A stretch of 63,683 bases of DNA, filler included, from Basidiobolus ranarum (GCA_040143965.1; 16 parts of 16 records of this genome joined end to end with filler, not necessarily neighbours in it); one strand, 5' to 3'; positions 39,922-51,860 are shown, numbered from the whole stretch's first letter. Numbers and translations are program-made. Notes: a model not told the origin generated them from the sequence alone.

Positions 39922-40463
39922 AAGTATGCAGAAAGTGGCTTCAGAAGAACATTCGACTTGACATTCAGTCTGGTGTTGACCATGCAGATATCTGGGAAGA
40001 ACTTAATACAGAGTGGCACAATATTGCAGGGTTTCTGCCAGATAGGTGGAAGAAAGTTTATTCAGCAACTTTAATACAATGGTGGGCTTTGATGGAGATA
40101 TTGACACAAACTCATGTTGGGTATGAGTTAAACCTTAGGTATGAAGAACTCTATAAAAGTATTCAGGAGAATATATCTAAGAGACTAGGGATTTCAAAGG
40201 TGACAAATTAGTGTCCTAGTGGTAATTGTGTAAAATTTGAGTTATGTTTTTTGCACATGTGTTGATCCATAATGGTCTGAGATTTTAGCCAATCATGTGC
40301 AACTATTTTGTGAGATCTTGAACTTTCACTCCTGAAACTGAAAAAATTGATTAAAATGAAATCTAACCTGACAATTTTATGATGGTAAGTAAATGGTCAA
40401 TCCCAAATGGATTAAAATTGTGACGGTTTTCCTATGATAACAATCCTCAAATTTCTGTTAGGG
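39922..40463. mobile_element. Putative DNA transposon terminal segment ending GTTAGGG
   Basis: Homologous to ~5243-5787 and ~56943-57484. Confidence 0.65.
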
Positions 40464-43290
40464 AACAACAGAAATAAGTGCACTAAATCAACTTTAGTTT
40501 TGCCCATTGAGTCCACTGACTGTACTTTACCTCAAAGTTTTGATAACACTGCTAAAAGTCAAGGTATCATGGAGTTACCACAGTTATATTACCAGAATGA
40601 TGTAGGTAGAAATGCAACTTTGGCCAAACCAGTAAGTCCAGACAACTTTGAGGACTTGCTGCTAGATGTTGACCTTGGTTATGCCAGTGCCAATGGTAGT
40701 ATATCAGAAGTTGAAGAAGAAGACAATGATTTTGTTATGGACTCTTTGTTATTGGCAAACATTAGTCTACTCATAACACTGATGTTAAAGGAAGCAGCTT
40801 TGATTATTGAGGAGTGGAGAGTTCAATCCAATCTTAGTAACCAGGTATTTATTTATTTTCTTACACTTTTACCACAGGTGATTGGCAACTGTTGCTTGCC
40901 ACAGATCTGGTACAAGTGGAAAACACTTTTCAATTGTATGACTTATAACTCTTCAGTAATTAAACTACCTTCCTGTCCAAATGGTGGTTTGGCTTTCATC
41001 TGTGATCTGAAAAACCTGAAGTCATGTAGTGTTTGAACACAATTGGCTATCACTGAATCAGGTATATATTGTTCACATTTGGCTTACATACCATTGATTC
41101 CCCATCTTAAAGTTTTGATGAAATCACCCAAATATAGATCATTGATCTAGTACCAAAATAGTCACCATAAAACTGATGGTATTACCAACATGTTTGATGG
41201 ATATCACTACCAGAATCTGAAAATTCAAGGTTTCTTTGACAACATGTATCATCATGCATTTGTGTTGGCTCTTGATGGTTTCTCACTAAACAAATATACC
41301 ATTGCAAAGGCTTGCTGGCCAAAAATTATAGTCAACTTAACTCTTCCTCCTTCTCAATGGTATAAGAGTCATAATATTTTGATACTATCCAACATATCTG
41401 AACCCCAATCACCAGTGCTTGTAAATAGCTTGTTGGAGCCTATGATTGCAGAATTTGAACAGTTATCTAATGGGGTTCAGATAGGTGAATATTTTATTAA
41501 AGCTAATATCATTGTATGTATTGGTGACTATCCTTCCATTGGTACACTTAGAGGTTTTTGCAGGCACAATGCACCAACTTGCTGTAGATTTTGTCAAATC
41601 AATGTAGTTTACTCAATCAGGCAAATGTATTACTACTATCCCAATGCAACACTAAACTCCGTGATTTTACCATCAAGAACCTGGTCAGATATTTAAATGA
41701 TCACTGATATTAATTCACCAAATAGTCAGTCTAACATCAAACTTAGTATTGGGTGTAAGACTAAGATTGTATTGGTAAAGGGGATCAGCTGGAGCCAGAG
41801 CTTCTGATTAGGCACTATCCACTTACTATTCAACAAAATTCCAATACTACTTACCTAGCTATATAATGAGAAATTCAATATGAATGAGCCATTCAAGATA
41901 GGATTGATGTTTGAACTGATTGGGCAAATGCTTGAAAATGTCAAAATACCATTATATTTTACCAGGACTCCCATCAATGACCACTCATCTAGGCACTTAT
42001 TCTTATGCAAAGACTGGAAGTTTTAGATTTGTATATATTCAAGTGGAATTTTGAAGATATTTTTTCCTGCTAAGTATTGGCAACATTACGACTTGTTTCT
42101 AACCATTATTAATATATTCTTGTGGCATCAACTCACATAGGCAAATAACAGGCAGATATAGCAATTGTGCAAAGATTTTGTAATTGGGTATGAAAAACTT
42201 TATTATAGGTTTAAAGAAGATAGACTGAATCCTTGCTGGTAATCAATACATTCCCTCCTGCATTTTTTGCAATGCTTAGAGATTATAGGCCCTTGCTATA
42301 TATTCTGGGAGTTGGCAATGGAGTGCACCTGTGGTGAAATAATGTTCCATGTGATATTTTCAATATTACCATATGCTAATTAGATAATAAGGTATCAGCA
42401 AAATCAGTGATGGATGAAATGCAATGGGTTAAGGAGACTCCATAGTATATTAACCTGCAAACAAAGGGCTGTTTCCAATGTGCTCATGGGTTTCCACATT
42501 GTTTGAGCACAACCACAGTAACAAAACCCAATCCATGGACATTGATTAAGTACCTCTATATTTTGGACTAATTTGCTTTTATAATAATCTGACAGTATTT
42601 TTAGGAAAGTAGCAAGACAGACTGCTTGTTGAGATAGATCAAGATATGTAATATAATTGTTTTAGCCATGGGGTAATCTGCTCAAGCAATGACACATCTA
42701 CTTGTAGCAATACATTTGTTGACTGCAAGTTGGGGATTTATCAACTTAATTCTTCATGGAATTTTGCCACAATCCAAGAGCTTATTCTCAATGTGAATGG
42801 TAACAAGAGTCAGCTATTTGCCAAGTGTCAGTGCTATTCAATATTTCAAATGTTTAGCAATTTTCCATCATTAGTTTGATGGTAAAGCATATTGATGTTG
42901 TTGAGTTATGTCTAATCAGTCAAGTATGTCCATATGTTGAGACTAAAAACATTAAGATTCTTTCATTTTTTGATTCTCATTGTGGCTGAAAACAAAGCCT
43001 AAAATATCCAAATAAAGGCATGCATATTAATTCAAATTCCCACAGAAGTAAACCCAGTAATGTGCCATTCAAAAATCCTATTTTTGCAAAAATAGCCATA
43101 TATTAGATAACTCATGCCAAGTTTGAGGATCAATATTTCTACATGTATGAATAACATCAAAATACCTTCAAGAAACCATCATCACACCATCAAAATCCCT
43201 GGCAGAATGCAAACTACCAATATTGTGATGGTTCTCTGATGGTTTTGCTATTTTGGAGTGTGGATTTGATCCAGATCAAATTGATTTTAT
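40464..43290 (+). mobile_element. Degenerate CACTA/CMC-EnSpm transposase gene (Tnp2/Transposase_21-like)
   Basis: LALDGF, CWP.IIVNLTLPP, LLEPMIAEF..L.NG and GDYP....L.GF..HNA..CCRFC motifs; later G(P)CYIFWELAME-like motif; many stops. Confidence 0.8.
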
Positions 43291-43300
43291 CTTTGTTATT

Positions 43301-43522
43301 GATGTAAAGTGTTAAGTAGGACCCCAAGAATGCAAGTGCAATGTTTGGGGCTTCTGGCACAAATTCAAAGAAATCTAAATATCTGAGAACTTGCAAGTTG
43401 GTAAAGGTATTCTGCATGAATTCTAATTTAGAATATTTGGTGGTATCTTAGTAAGGTATAATATAACTAAGTACAAAGCTATATGTAACTATATTGATGT
43501 TTAGGCAATGCTAACTTCAACA
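43301..43522 (-). repeat. Partial LTR family A
   Basis: Matches the right part of LTR A, ending CTAACTTCAACA. Confidence 0.7.
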
Positions 43523-43609
43523 CAAATATCTTGAAAAATATGGATCTGATAAAATTCTAGCAGTTAAGTAGATTTTTGGATATTTGAAAGGAACTGGGGA
43601 TCTGGGTTT

Positions 43610-43803
43610 CCCTAACAGAAATTTGAGGATTGTTATCGTAGGAAAACCGTCACAATTTTAATCCATTTGGGATTGACCGTTTACTTACCGTCATAAAATC
43701 GTCATGTTAGATTTGATTTTAATCAATTTTTTCAGTTTCAGGAGTGAAATTTCAAGATCTCGCAAAATAGTTGCAAATGATTGGCTAAAATCTCAGCGAA
43801 CTA
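43610..43803. mobile_element. Inverted, CpG-retaining copy of the CCCTAACAGAAA transposon terminus
   Basis: Reverse complement of ~40270-40463, differing at most CpG sites. Confidence 0.8.
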
Positions 43804-43903
43804 NNNNNNNNNNNNNNNNNNNNNNNNNNNNNNNNNNNNNNNNNNNNTTAATTAATTAANNNNNNNNNNNNNNNNNNNNNNNNNNNNNNNNNNNNNNNNN
43901 NNN

Positions 43904-44016
43904 AGAAGCATCTATACATCGTAAAGGGTGTCAGTCACTATGATCTATACGATAAACCGGAACCAGTTAGGGAAGCTGTTAAACAGTTAGAAACCTTCTA
44001 TAAAGAAAACCTATAA
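43904..44016 (+). CDS. 3' end of a YcjY-like alpha/beta hydrolase
   Basis: KHLYIVKGVSHYDLYDKPEPVREAVKQLETFYKENL*, matching the catalytic-His motif H.DLYD. Confidence 0.7.
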
Positions 44017-44349
44017 TAAACTACTGGTTGTTAATACCCACCTTAACATATTTCTCACAGACGACCACAAATCTTGAACACATATTCCTAAATATTTCGG
44101 TTTGTTTATATCTTGACAATGTATCAATAGTATAAATGAAGGCCAATACATTCCCTCATAACCTACATAACTTTAGGATAGTTATTCAATTCAGGGTCAT
44201 TTGTGTAAAAGTTACTAAGAATTGAATGTAAATATTTTACTGATATCTCAGGATGCCATACTGGCTTGATTACTATATAAGGCTAGTAAATTTAAGAACC
44301 AAGATTTCTACCATCGTGAGTCAACATCGATTGGCTAAAGGAGCTAAGA

Positions 44350-45545
44350 CTCTTCTAATGTTTGCGGGAACGGAAGACGCCATCCGTTGCTGTAGTGAAG
44401 AAGGGATTAAGGTTTTCGAGGAGCTTTCACTCGTTGAAGGGACGAAACACACATCTTATTATTCTGATGGAGGTGAAAGTGAAGGTCTCTCCAGATATCT
44501 TGAAGATCCTATGCAGAGAGTGGAGGACTCCAAAAGTGCCGTATCCTATCTCACCACCTTGAACGAAGTAGACCCGGAGAGAATTGGTGTTTTAGGTATC
44601 TGTGTACCAGCTGTACAGCACAAACTGATGTATGAATCAAGGCTGTGGCCGGGATCAGCTCAGCAGACATTGGTGAATTGCGGAGGGAAGGTATGAATGG
44701 CAGTCTTTCATTAGAGTACTTGCAAAAAGGTTTACAAGAGTCAACGAGTCAATGAACAAGGGAGGTAAAAGGAGAGGAACCTTATCTGAGTAATTGGGTT
44801 CTAAAGACGGCATCTGATGCAGCAGCACTACCTCCTCGTAGTATCTACAGGGAAGCGTACGATTATTACCGTACATCTCGTACTCAACACCCTCGCAGTA
44901 CAAACGAATATGTTTTCAGAAGCATGCAAAAGCTGTTACAATTCTCATCATTCAACTTTGTGCATTTGATTTCTCCTCGCTGCGGACTAGAGTTAATAGG
45001 TATTTATGCAGATTTCCGTATAGTACATTTAGGGTGTGGCTGGTGACAGAATAGTTTTTCATTAGTTCTAACAGCAGGAAACAATTTTATTGATAAGAGT
45101 TGAAATAGTCATCGTATTATTACCACCATAAAAATCTAGTTCAATGACTAGGCATTCGTTCCCCAAAAGATTACTTTCCAGAGCCACGAAAAGCCCACTC
45201 AAGTACGCGAAATCGGACTCCGTTGTTCCTATCAAACCTTACATAGCAAATCTTCACTCAGGTCACAGTAAAGGTTTAAGCCCTAACTCTAAGCTTGATA
45301 TACTTGTTTCTTTCTCCGCTTTCGACCATGTGGATTTGATCTCCCCTCGTCCTCTTCTTCTCATTGCCGGAACCGATGCCTATACACTTTACTTCAGTGA
45401 AATAGCATACAAGAAAAACAAAGAACCAAAAGAATTATTTTTGATAGACGGAGCCACTCATATTGATCTATACGATAAAGAACAGTATGTTGGACCTGCT
45501 GTGAAGAAATTGGATAACTTTACCCAATATTTGAGTGGCAACTGA
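44350..45545 (+). pseudogene. Scrambled fragments of YcjY-like alpha/beta hydrolase paralogs
   Basis: GESEG..RYLEDP.QRVED.KSAVSYL, IGVLGIC (elbow deleted), [22 protein letters not shown], and ISPRPLLLIAG..A.T.YFS...KELFLIDGATHIDLYD in different frames, with an intervening non-homologous stretch at ~44981-45297. Confidence 0.75.
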
Positions 45546-46439
45546 GAAGATTTTGTACGATAGAGTTAGTGAACATGGATATTAAAATAATCAATACAGT
45601 ATTTATATTATTCTATCCCTTCTAGTGGACTTTGAACCATCTTACTAAGAGGTGCTTTTCCATTATCAGCGAACCAAAACTACCTGCTAACTATAACAGG
45701 TGCGTTCTAGTAGTTGCTGCCCTTATTTATGACACTGTTGTGTTTGCAATGTTGTGAAATTGACACTTGGCCCTATCATAATAATTCCCATTCGATCCAT
45801 CATAGTAACTTTATTTTTGTCACAGTCCTTCAATTTCAGATATGAAGTAGGCTTCTACCTAGGTACTGTGAGTGGTAAATATTCAACACAAGAGCAATAT
45901 ACTGTGATGTTTATCATCTTGATTGATTGGCTGAGTGCGTAATTATAGTTTAATAGCATTTCGATCAACCGAAAATAATAGTTACGAATAAAAGTACATG
46001 AATACAATAACTGCATTGAAGTCTCGAGGTAGCAACAGGATCTACTTTGTCTAGACTGGAGTTGGCGACAAACAGGTAATGCCTAAAGAAAGCAAGTATC
46101 GTCTCTATAAGGGGGAATTGTGCATGTATACATTTGTAAGTTGATACACACGCTACGATCCAACACAATGTATACTTCATCTCTTTATTGCAAGTCTTTC
46201 TATGAGATATTTTTCTTGACAACAGGTACACAACTCATTTGGCTGTATTGGTAAAGAATTCGTTTCAAATTCTGGAGAAATTTGCAAGATCAAGAAAAAT
46301 TTACCTCATCGTTAGGTCTAATTGGTAAGCAAAACCTGGGGCACTTGGATAAAGTCTAAAAACCCTAGATACTCCCACTCTTCTAATCGAAAGTAGATGA
46401 ATTATGCTGGATAGTTAGATGTCTACATCTTTTGGAAAC

Positions 46440-46447
46440 TATAAATA
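46440..46447 (+). promoter_or_regulatory. Candidate TATA box of the LPMO gene
   Basis: TATAAATA about 36 nt upstream of ATG 46483. Confidence 0.4.
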
Positions 46448-46482
46448 CTCCAAAGGTAAGTAATTGTCAGCAACAACCTACG

Positions 46483-47316
46483 ATGATCCTCAATTTCTTA
46501 CAATCTTCCATTTACTTACTTGGTTTTGTGGCGTTGACCGTCGCTCATATGGAAGTAATTTAGCCTCCACCGCGCCACTCACGGTACAATCCAACATGGA
46601 AAGTTACTCCAGACTATAACATGGTTAATCCATTAGGTGTTTGTCCCTGCAAGGGGTATGAACAAGGTGGAATTGTCCAAACTGTAGCGGCTGGCGGTTC
46701 AATCCAAGTGAAGCTTGGCGGAATTGCCACTCATAACGGAGGTCATTGCCAGTTCGCCATTTCTTACGATAAAAGCCAGACTTTTGCGGTGCTGGAAACT
46801 ATCTACAGTGATTGTCTAATTGCAAGTAAAGAATATTCAGTGACTATTCCTAGTACTGCTGGCTCCAGTAGAAATGTCATTTTTGCCTGGGCGTGGATCA
46901 ATAAAATTGGCAACCGAGAATACTACATGAACTGTGCTGATATTGAGATTCATGGATCAGCTGGAGGTTATATTACAGGACCTAAGCTTCTGGTTGTGAA
47001 CCTCCCTGGATATCCCACTGTCCCAGAATTCCCTCAAGATGGACCAAACGACGGTAGAAAATTGTTGGCTGCTCGTCCTACTATAACTATCCGTCCTGAT
47101 GCCAATGAAATACCAACTAGCTCAACATCCTCAACAACTCCCACGTCCACCCCAGGTAACGGAATATGTAAAGACTTTCCAGCATGGAACGCGGGGACTG
47201 GTTACAATGGATCAGCCAAGGTAACCTACAAAGGGCATTTGTGGCAGGCCAGATGGTGGACTCAAAATGAAAATCCTGATACCAGTAGCGTTTGGACTGA
47301 TTTAGGCGCATGCTAA
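46483..47316 (+). pseudogene. AA11-like lytic polysaccharide monooxygenase with C-terminal CBM5/12 chitin-binding module; single in-frame TAG at codon 27
   Basis: 21-aa signal peptide, then HMEVI*PPPR (His1 at 46546), ATHNGGHCQ, WAWINKIGNREYYMNCADI, a S/T linker, and AW.....Y....KVTYKGHLWQARWWTQ. Confidence 0.75.
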
Positions 47317-48015
47317 GCACTCATGATTTGCAGTAAACGATGATCATCATAAACTGATACCAATAAACCAATTGATAACACTCTCAAATAATACTCTTCC
47401 TTGTAAGAATGGTAAGCCGTATTTGAGTAACCAAACTGGATATACATAGTCATCTAAACAGGCTCTTGGTTTAATATAACTTAATTCTGTGATAAGTATT
47501 CGTGGACAGTACCAGAAAATACTTCTTCCAAATGAATGTCGGGATTGCCATACCTGATGAGGTTATTACTAATATAGCATTAAAACCTTTATACTGGTTT
47601 AGAATTTCACTTTTGGAATACTTTTAAGATTCTTGGGTTCATTTACTATCTTTGTATTTCGACCTTTTCAACCTGTTGAAACGTATGAGTCAATCGTATA
47701 TTACCAATAAATATATACCAAGGATTGAATATTTCTCTATGAGTCAATGGCGCGTGATGAAACTCCGAACCATGATGATAAAGNNNNNNNNNNNNNNNNN
47801 NNNNNNNNNNNNNNNNNNNNNNNNNNNTTAATTAATTAANNNNNNNNNNNNNNNNNNNNNNNNNNNNNNNNNNNNNNNNNNNNAGAACTATTTCCGTTTG
47901 TTTTTCGGCGCAGATCTCCAGTTTCAAATTATCAACACCTTTACCTTCTGGTGTAACTGCAGCGTAAATGTAAATATCTACATAACGTTCGTCTTTAGGC
48001 AACATACCTTGAAGC

Positions 48016-48328
48016 TAATAAAGTATCTGGGGGCCTGTTGGAAGTGATTTCAAGAATTAGTGAAATTGGTTTTCACTTTTTAATTTATTGAGTAGAAAGT
48101 TGACATTAAAGTTTTATCAAGATGGAAATAAACTAATATGTAGAATGTGTTAAGGAAGGTCCCAGCAACGTAGGTGCAAAGTTTGGGGCTTCTTTGAAGA
48201 ATCTATATATCTGAGAACCAAGCAAATTCCAATTGAGAATAATGGATAATATCTTAGCAAATGATAAGATAACTCAGTACTAAGCTATTTATGACTATAT
48301 AGGTGTTTAGGCAATGCTAATTTCAACA
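48016..48328 (-). repeat. Solo LTR family A (degenerate)
   Basis: Colinear with 4158-4503, ends TTTCAACA; no gag adjacent. Confidence 0.8.
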
Positions 48329-49104
48329 GGATCATCATTACAAGTTTGCTACATCTGTACATTCAGTGGGAAGTAAGAATTGCAGGTGATCAACATTGCA
48401 ACCAGTATAGATATTCAACCAGATTGGTGACAAACAGTTCCAAAACTATGAGAAGTGTTCTGGGTTGATGAGCACCTTCTGTTTCCTTGGCAGAGTCCTG
48501 GAAATACCAATTCCTTTATATCTTTGTAGCAGTGGTTTGCCTCATAAAACTGAAGATTTTGCAGCCAATAATGGTGATGGAGACACAACAAGTGTGGAAT
48601 CAGAAAATCCTAACCAACTGCTGAGCACTGGCTGCTTACATTTTCAAGCTTGCATCAATCGGTTATGCTTGAAATATGATAAGTTTTAAATTTATGAAGA
48701 CCTATTATTTTCAATCCATACTATAAGCTACAAACTGATAAGAGTTGAGTCAATTAACATCAAATATGTTGCTCGCTATGTAAAACTTCTGTATGCCACA
48801 CAATTATGTAGATTGCAAACAATACGAGCTGAGTAATAAAAAAGCTGCTGAAATAAGTTATTCACTACATATAATATACAGCCTGAACTTTTGAGGTCGT
48901 TCAAGGAAAAGTAAACGAACAAATATCCCCTGAATCAAATCAACTTAACACTAAATTGATAACTATTAGAAGTAACATTGATAAATGAATATTCCGTGAC
49001 GAAAATTATCCTACACATGATCAAAATATGATTATAAAAGCTTTTGAACTTCAACAATAAGAATATCTTTATTTCAATTTGAATATATTGATCTAATATA
49101 AGGA

Positions 49105-51759
49105 CTACACTATTTCAGGCCAGTCACAAATAACCGATTTACCATTGGTTTTGCAAACGGTTCCTCTACCACAATAATCTTCGAAATAATCTCCATTACT
49201 ACATTGGAAGAAGACGGGGGAAACTCCAGATTCCAAACACCTCAATTCTCCATGTTCACAGATAGCATTGGTTGGACGCACTTGATTGTTTTTGGTGAGT
49301 GTGACAGTATCAGAAAATCCTTGAGTACGAGCAACCTTTCCTGTTACAAACACAGTTCGAATAACCTCTAATTGCTGTGTCACTGTGGAGGTGGCACAAC
49401 CAGGGGCACAACTATGAGAGCTACCGACAGTATGATGATTCACAATAGGAGAATCGATTGAAAGAGTAGCCTTAGTATTGGACTTCGTTGGGAATGCTCG
49501 GTTTGATTCAACAACAGTATCCTCGACGATAGTTTCGACTTGACCATTAGATTCTGTAGCGGTGAAGGTGTGTGCTCCAGTAGGGACTGTGACGGTGATT
49601 GTGCCTACGCTGTTATTCTCAGTAACAGTTTCAGTAACAGTTTCGGTAACAGTCTCATATAAGGTTACAATATCACCATGATGGTCAGTGCGAACTTTAA
49701 TCTTGGTGACTGCTTGAGATACAACAGTAGGTTGGACAACAACAGTTTGTACAACAATAGTTTCGACTTCACCATTAGATCCTGTGGCGGTGAACGTTTT
49801 TGCGCTGGTAGACACAGGGGCGTTGTTATTGACTGTAACAGTCTCATAGATGGTTCCATTGTCAATATTGGAGTCAGTGCGAACATTGGTCTTGGTAACT
49901 GCTCGAGTAGCAACGGTAGGTTGGACAACAACAGTACGTTCAACGATAGTCTCGACTTGACCATTAGATTCTGTGACAGTGAAAGTTTGCGCGCCGATAG
50001 ATACAGGGGCGTTGTTCTTGACAGTAACAGTCTCGTAGACGGTTCCAGCGTCAACATTGGACTCAGTGCGAACTTTGGTCTTAGTTACTGTTTGCGGAGC
50101 AACGGTAGGTTGGACAACTACAGTACGCTCAACGATAGTGTCGACTTGACCATTAGATCCTGTGACGGTGAAAGTTTGCGCGCCGATAGATACAGGGGCG
50201 CTGTTCTTTATAGTAACAGTCTCATAGATGGTTCCATTGTCAGCATTGGACTCAGTGCGAACATTGGTCTTAGTTACTGTTTGAGGAGCAACTGTAGGTA
50301 CGACAACAACAGTATGTTCAACGATACGTTTGACGATAGTTTCGACTTGACCATTAGATCCTGTAACAGTTAAGGTTTGCACGCCAGTAGCTACAGCGGC
50401 TTTTTTCCTGATAGTAACAGTCTCATAGACGGTTCCAGCGTCAACATTGGAGTCAGTGCGAACATTAGTCTTGGTGACTGTGTGAGGAGCAACGGTTGGT
50501 TGAACAGTTGTACGTTCAACAATAGTTTGAACTTGACCATTAGATCCTGTGGCGGTAAATGTGCGTGCGCCAGTTTGTGCCGGGACATTATTCTTCTCAG
50601 TAACAGTTTTATAGATGGTTATAATGTCACCGTTGGACTCGGTACGAACATTAGTCTTGATGACGGTTTGAGGAGCAACGGTAGGTTGGACAATAATAGT
50701 ACGTTCAGCAGTCTTAGTAACAATAGAAGGGTGATATTCGGTATGAATATGACCAGTGGTGTCAGTCTTTATGACGGTTCTCACCGTTGGATATACAGTA
50801 ACTGCGGGTTCGGTAACTGTGACAGTTGGTTCTGTTACGGTTATTTCACCAGTTGCTACCTTTCCACTATTGGAGTCACTTACAACTGATTCAGTATTAC
50901 TGTGCTGTTGAATATTTTCAGTTACTGTCACAGTACGAATTTCGGTATTATTTCTTCTTGCAGAGTCGGTCTTGATGATTGTTCTCACACTTGGATATAT
51001 TGTGACTGTAACCATCGGTTCAGTGAACGTAACTGTAGGCTCTGTAAGAGTTCTTGCACTAGTTACTTCCTTATCACTTTCAGAGTGTTCATTCCGATGT
51101 TGATCAACGGTCTTGGTAATAGTGGAAGAGTGATATTCGGTATGAATATGACCAGCTGTGTCAGTTTTGATGACGGTTCTCACGGTTGGATATAAAGTAA
51201 CTGTGATAGTTGGTTCTGTAACAGTTATTTCACCGGTTGCAACCTTGTCACTACCAGATTCACTGACAACTGATTCAGTATTACTACGATGTTGAATATT
51301 GTCAGTTACTGTCACAGTACGACTTTCGGTACGATCTCTTCCGGCAGAGTCAGTTTTAATGATGGTTCTCACACTTGGATATATCGTGACTGTAGGTTCG
51401 GTAACAGTTTTTTCCATGGTTACTTCCTTATCACTTTGAGAATGCACGTTCTGATGGTGATCAACAATCTTAGTAACAGTAGAAGAGTGATATTCGGTAT
51501 GAATATGACCAGCGGTGTCAGTTTTGACGACGGTTCTCACAGTTGGATACAATGTAACAGTGGGTTTGGTAACTGTGTTAGTTGGTTCTGTAACAGTTAT
51601 TTCACCGGTTGCTACCGTTACACTATGAGAGCCAGTTACAACAGATGCAGTATTACTGTGCTGTTGAATATTTTCAGTTACTGTCACAGTACGACTTTCG
51701 GTAAGATTTCTTCCGGCAGAGTCAGTCTTGATGATTGTTCTCACACTTGGATACATCGT
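49105..51759 (-). CDS. Thr/Val-rich repetitive mucin/adhesin-like protein with a C-terminal Cys-rich (CBM19-like) module, 5'-truncated
   Basis: 883+ codon open frame with two repeat types (TVYPTVRTVIKTD... and a ~63-aa TVVVQPTVAPQTVTKT...GSNGQVETIVER unit); ends CEHGELRC...FFQCSNG...CGRGTVC...ICDWP. Confidence 0.8.
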   Translation of the reverse strand, partial: TMYPSVRTIIKTDSAGRNLTESRTVTVTENIQQHSNTASVVTGSHSVTVATGEITVTEPTNTVTKPTVTLYPTVRTVVKTDTAGHIHTEYHSSTVTKIVDHHQNVHSQSDKEVTMEKTVTEPTVTIYPSVRTIIKTDSAGRDRTESRTVTVTDNIQHRSNTESVVSESGSDKVATGEITVTEPTITVTLYPTVRTVIKTDTAGHIHTEYHSSTITKTVDQHRNEHSESDKEVTSARTLTEPTVTFTEPMVTVTIYPSVRTIIKTDSARRNNTEIRTVTVTENIQQHSNTESVVSDSNSGKVATGEITVTEPTVTVTEPAVTVYPTVRTVIKTDTTGHIHTEYHPSIVTKTAERTIIVQPTVAPQTVIKTNVRTESNGDIITIYKTVTEKNNVPAQTGARTFTATGSNGQVQTIVERTTVQPTVAPHTVTKTNVRTDSNVDAGTVYETVTIRKKAAVATGVQTLTVTGSNGQVETIVKRIVEHTVVVVPTVAPQTVTKTNVRTESNADNGTIYETVTIKNSAPVSIGAQTFTVTGSNGQVDTIVERTVVVQPTVAPQTVTKTKVRTESNVDAGTVYETVTVKNNAPVSIGAQTFTVTESNGQVETIVERTVVVQPTVATRAVTKTNVRTDSNIDNGTIYETVTVNNNAPVSTSAKTFTATGSNGEVETIVVQTVVVQPTVVSQAVTKIKVRTDHHGDIVTLYETVTETVTETVTENNSVGTITVTVPTGAHTFTATESNGQVETIVEDTVVESNRAFPTKSNTKATLSIDSPIVNHHTVGSSHSCAPGCATSTVTQQLEVIRTVFVTGKVARTQGFSDTVTLTKNNQVRPTNAICEHGELRCLESGVSPVFFQCSNGDYFEDYCGRGTVCKTNGKSVICDWPEIV

Positions 51760-51860
51760 NNNNNNNNNNNNNNNNNNNNNNNNNNNNNNNNNNNNNNNNN
51801 NNNTTAATTAATTAANNNNNNNNNNNNNNNNNNNNNNNNNNNNNNNNNNNNNNNNNNNNT

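Noticed and set aside
36093-46563. In-frame TAG in two otherwise intact genes, suggesting TAG reassignment
   Set aside because: About 1300 Nup205 codons and other long CDSs contain no internal TAG, and TAG terminates the tetraspanin and mucin genes at plausible ends.
49665-51807. Several long plus-strand or alternate-frame ORFs over the mucin gene, and 59829-60350 over the Gly-rich gene
   Set aside because: Antisense or frame shadows of repetitive, biased codon usage.
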